A stretch of 64,000 nucleotides of DNA from the human T2T-CHM13v2.0 reference genome, Homo sapiens: NCBI RefSeq assembly GCF_009914755.1, contig NC_060947.1. The stretch is one strand, 5' to 3'. This document shows positions 55,151-64,000 of the stretch, piece after piece. The translations under genes and the position numbers were made by a program. Each line of letters opens with the position of its first letter. Within the stretch, counting starts at the first letter, position 1. The notes under the pieces are model-generated. The model did no database searches. It was not told where the DNA came from and worked only from the letters and a program-made list of their open reading frames with translations.

Positions 55151-58100
55151 ACAATGAGAACACATGGACACAGGAAGGGGAACATCACACTCTGGGGACT
55201 GTTGCGGGGTGGGGGGAGGGGGGAGGGATAACATTAGGAGATATACCTAATGCTAAATGACGAGTTAATGGGTGCAGCACACCAGCATGGCACATGTATA
55301 CATATGTAACTAACCTGCACATTGTGCACATGTACCCTGAAACTTAAAGTATAATAATAATAAAATTAAAAAAATAAAAAAATAAAAAATCTGGACCTAG
55401 TGATTTGTTACCTGCAAGAATCACATTTCGTCTATAAAGAAACATATACAATAAAAATAAAGGGATGGAAAATTATATTGCATGCCATTGGAAACATAAA
55501 TAAGCCACCAGTAGCTATACTTTTATCAGACAAAGTAGATTTCAAGACCAAAACAATAAGAAGATAGTAGAAGGTCAATACACAATGACAAAGGGGTCCA
55601 CTGAGCAAGAGTATATAACAATTGTAAATATATGAGTCCAACACTGGAGCACTCAGATATATAAAGCAATTATCATTAGAGCTAAAAAAGAGATAGACCC
55701 CAATACAATTAGAGCTGGAGACTCCTGTACCCCTTTTTCAGTATTAGACAGATGTTCCAGACAGGAAATCAACAAAGAATAATCAAACTTAATCTGCACT
55801 ATAGATCACATAAATCTAATAAATAATTACAGAACATTTCATCCAATGTCTCTAGAATAAATATTTTTTCCTTGGCATAAGTATCATTCTCAAAGAAACA
55901 TCATATTTTAGGTAACAAACAAGTCTTAAAACACTCAAAAAATTGAAATAATATCAAGCATCTTCTCTGAACATAATGGAATATAACTAGAAATTAATAA
56001 GAATAATTTTGGAAACTATACAAACGCATGAAAATTAAATGTATCCTCCTCAATGACCAGTGAATCAACAAAGAAATTAAGAAGAAAATTAAAACATTTC
56101 TTGAAAGAAGTGAATACCCACTATACCAAAACCTATGGGATACAGCAAAACCAGTATGAAGAAGGAAGTTGATTGATATAAATACCTATCTCAAAAGACA
56201 AGGTAAGCTTTAAATAAGCAATCTAATGATGCATCTTAAAGAACTAGAAGAGCAAGAGCAAACAAAACCCCAAATTAATAGAAGATATACTACAGATAAC
56301 AAAAGAAATAAATGAATTTGAGAAAAAGAAAATAATACAAAGGATCAACTACACAAAAATTGGTTTTTTGAAAAGTTAAACAAAACTGACAAACCTTTAG
56401 TCAGACTAAGAAAAACAAAAAAGAGATCCAAATAAATAAAATCAGAGATGAAAAAGGAGATGTTATAAATGATACTACAGAAATTCAAAGGATCATTAGT
56501 GGCTACTATGGGCAACTATATGCCAATAAATTAGAAAATCTAAATGAAAAGGATAAATTGCTAGAAACATACAGCCTACTAGCAATGAACCACAAGGAAA
56601 TTTGAAACATGAACAGACCAAAAACAGGTAATGAGATTGAAGCTGTAGTTGAAATTGTCTAAGCTAAGAAAGGTCTGGGACCTGATACATTCACAGCTAA
56701 ATTTTATCAGACATTTAAAGAAGAACAAATACCACTCCTACTCAAACTATTTCAAAAACTAGAAGATGAGGGAGTACTTCCAAACTTATTCCATGAGGCC
56801 AGTATAAACCAAAATCAGACAGAGACACCAAACAAAGAAAACTACAGGCCAGTATCACTGATAAGTATTGATGCAAAAATTCTCTAGAAAATTGTAGCAG
56901 AAAGAATTCAACAATAGATTAAAAAGATCTTTCATCTTAACCATCTGGGATTTATCCCAGAGATTCAAGGATGGTTCAGAACATGCAAATTAATCAATTT
57001 GATGCATCGTATCAACAAAATGAATGGCAAAAATTATTCGTTCTTGTATTGAAATGATCATTCTTGATCATTTCAATTGATGCTAAAAATGCATTTAATA
57101 AAAATTCAACATAACTTTATGTTAAAAATTATTTAAAAACTGGGTATTGATAGAATATACCTCCGACTAATAAAAGCCATATATGACAGACCCACAGCTA
57201 GTATTATACTGAACAGGAAAAATTTAAAGCCTTTGCCTAAGATCTGGACCACAATAAGGATGCCCATTGTCACCACTGTTATTTCACGTAGTATGGGAAG
57301 ACCTAACTAAAGCAATCAGACAAGAGAAGGAAATAAAGGGCATACAAATCAGAAAGGCAGAAGACAAATTATTCTTGTGTGCAGATGATATGATTTTATA
57401 TTTGGAAAATTCCAAAGATTCCACAAAAACTATAAGAACTGATAAACAAATTCAGTAAAGTTGCAGGATAAAAAGTGAACATGCAAAAATCAGTAGAATT
57501 TCTTAATGCCAAGAGGAAACCATCTGAAATAAGAATCAAGAAAGCAATTCCATTTACAATAGCTAAAATTAAAGAAAATGCCTAGAAATTAATTTAACCA
57601 AAGAAATAAAATATCTTGACATTGAAAACTATAAAACATTGATGCAATAAATTCAAGAAGACAACAATAAGCTGGAAAGATATTCCATGCTCATGTACTG
57701 GAAAAATCAATATTAATATATACTACAAAAAGCAATCTACAGGTTCAATGCAATCTCGATCAAAACACTAATGGCACTCTTTAGAGAAATAGAAAACACA
57801 ATCCTAAAATTTATATGGTACCACAAAATACCTAAAATAGCCAAAGCTGTCCTAACGAAAAACAACAAAACTGAAGGAATCATAATACCTGACTACAAAT
57901 TATGCAAAATCTATATTAACCAAAACAGCACAGTAATGGCAGGAAAAGACACATAGACCGGTGGAAAAGAATGCAAAACCTGGAAACAAATCCATATCTA
58001 CAGTGAAGTCATTTTTGACAAAGGTGCCAATAACATAAATTGGGGAATGGAACATCTCTTCAATAAATGGTGCTGGGAAAACTGGATATCCATATGCAAA

Positions 58101-59416
58101 AGCATGAAACCAGACCCCTTTCTCTCACCATATACAAAAGTAAAATCAAAATGGATTAAAGACTTGAATCAAACATGTTAAAGTAAAATGGTAAAGTTAA
58201 AGTTTCTATCACAAGAAAACATTGGGGAAAATCTCCAGGACTTTGGCCTGGGCAAAAATTTCTTACTACACAAACACAGGTAACCAAAGCAAAAATGGAC
58301 AAATGGGATCACATGAAGTTAGAAAGCTCTGCACAACAAAGAATACAATCAACAAAGTGAAGAAACGACCCACAGAGTGGGAGAAAATCTTTGCAAACTA
58401 CCTTTCTGACAAGGGTTTGAGAACCAGAATGTGTAAGGGACTCAAACAACTCTTTAGGAAAAAATCTTATAATCCAATTAAAGAAAGAGCAAAAAAATTA
58501 AAAAGACATTTCTCAAAAGAATACATACAAGTGGCAAACAAGCTTATGAAAAGGTGCTCAACATCCCTGATCATCAGAGAAATACAAATCAAAACTACAA
58601 TGAAATATCATGTCACCCAGTTAAAATGGCTTTTATCCAAAACACAGACAATAACAAATGTTGGCAAAGACGCAGAGAAAAGGGAACACTTGTACATTTT
58701 GGGTGGGGTTGTAAGTTAGTACAACCACCATGGAGAACAGTTTGGAGGTTCCTCAAAAAATAAAAATAGTGTTGCCATATGATCCAGCAATGCTACTGCT
58801 GGATATATAACCAAAAGAAAGGAAAGCATTATATCTAAGAGATATCTGCACTTTCATATTTATTGCACCACTATCAACAATAGCTGATACTTGGAAGCAA
58901 TTGAAGTGTTCATCAACAAATGAATGGATAAAGAAAATGTATATATACACAATTGAGTATTATTTAGCCATAAAAAAGATTGAAATTCTGTCATTTGCAA
59001 CAACATGAATGGAATTGGAAGCTATTATGCTAAGTGAAATAAGCCAAGCACAGAAACACAAACTTCACATGTTAAGGCTTATTTATGGGAACTAAAAATT
59101 GAAGCAGTTGAACTCATGGGGACAGAGTAGAAGGATGTTTACCATAGGTTGGAAAGGGTAATTCAGTGGTGTGGGGAAGTGGGGATGCTTAATTGGTGCA
59201 AAAAAAATTGAAAGAATGTATTGGACCTACTACTTGCTAGCACAAGAGAGTGACTATAATAAAAATAGTTTAATTATACATTTTAAAATAACTAGAAGAG
59301 TGTAACTGGATTGTTTGCAACACAAAGGAAAAAATGCTTTATGCTGTAGATAGCTTATTTACCCTGATGTGATTACTGTGTATTGCATCCTTGTATTAAA
59401 ATGTCTCCTCTAACTC

Positions 59417-64000
<4,584 letters not shown>

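Noticed and set aside
55194-55228. G-quadruplex-like G-runs in L1 3'UTRs
   Set aside because: Standard feature of every L1PA 3'UTR.

Overview
Primate genomic DNA, very probably human (an ACG-type L1 3' diagnostic is present). By my coordinate tally about 80% is LINE-1. The rest is Alu, L2, MIR, one THE1 solo LTR, a split Charlie1 DNA transposon and small unique patches. I see no host protein-coding gene, RNA gene or intact L1: the long ORFs in the track are broken L1 ORF1/ORF2/ORF0 pieces, and most short ones are their antisense shadows. I found no evidence of a new biological system. What the window does hold is an unusually readable retrotransposition and repair record, reconstructed from target-site duplications (TSDs): (i) two 3' transductions (12061-12814 and 29432-30097), one carried by a very young ACG/A-type L1 that also has a twin-priming inversion; (ii) one target site hit twice, leaving three TSD copies; (iii) a DNA-templated copy of one L1's 3' end, with its poly(A) and flank, pasted into the neighbouring inverted L1; (iv) two Russian-doll nests (Charlie1 stretched to ~13.6 kb, L1MA stretched to over 25 kb); (v) a near-full-length L1 lacking its YY1 site and carrying an extra 5' G; (vi) head-to-head full-length L1s 277 bp apart. 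Subfamily calls come from remembered diagnostic motifs and need RepeatMasker/Dfam confirmation.
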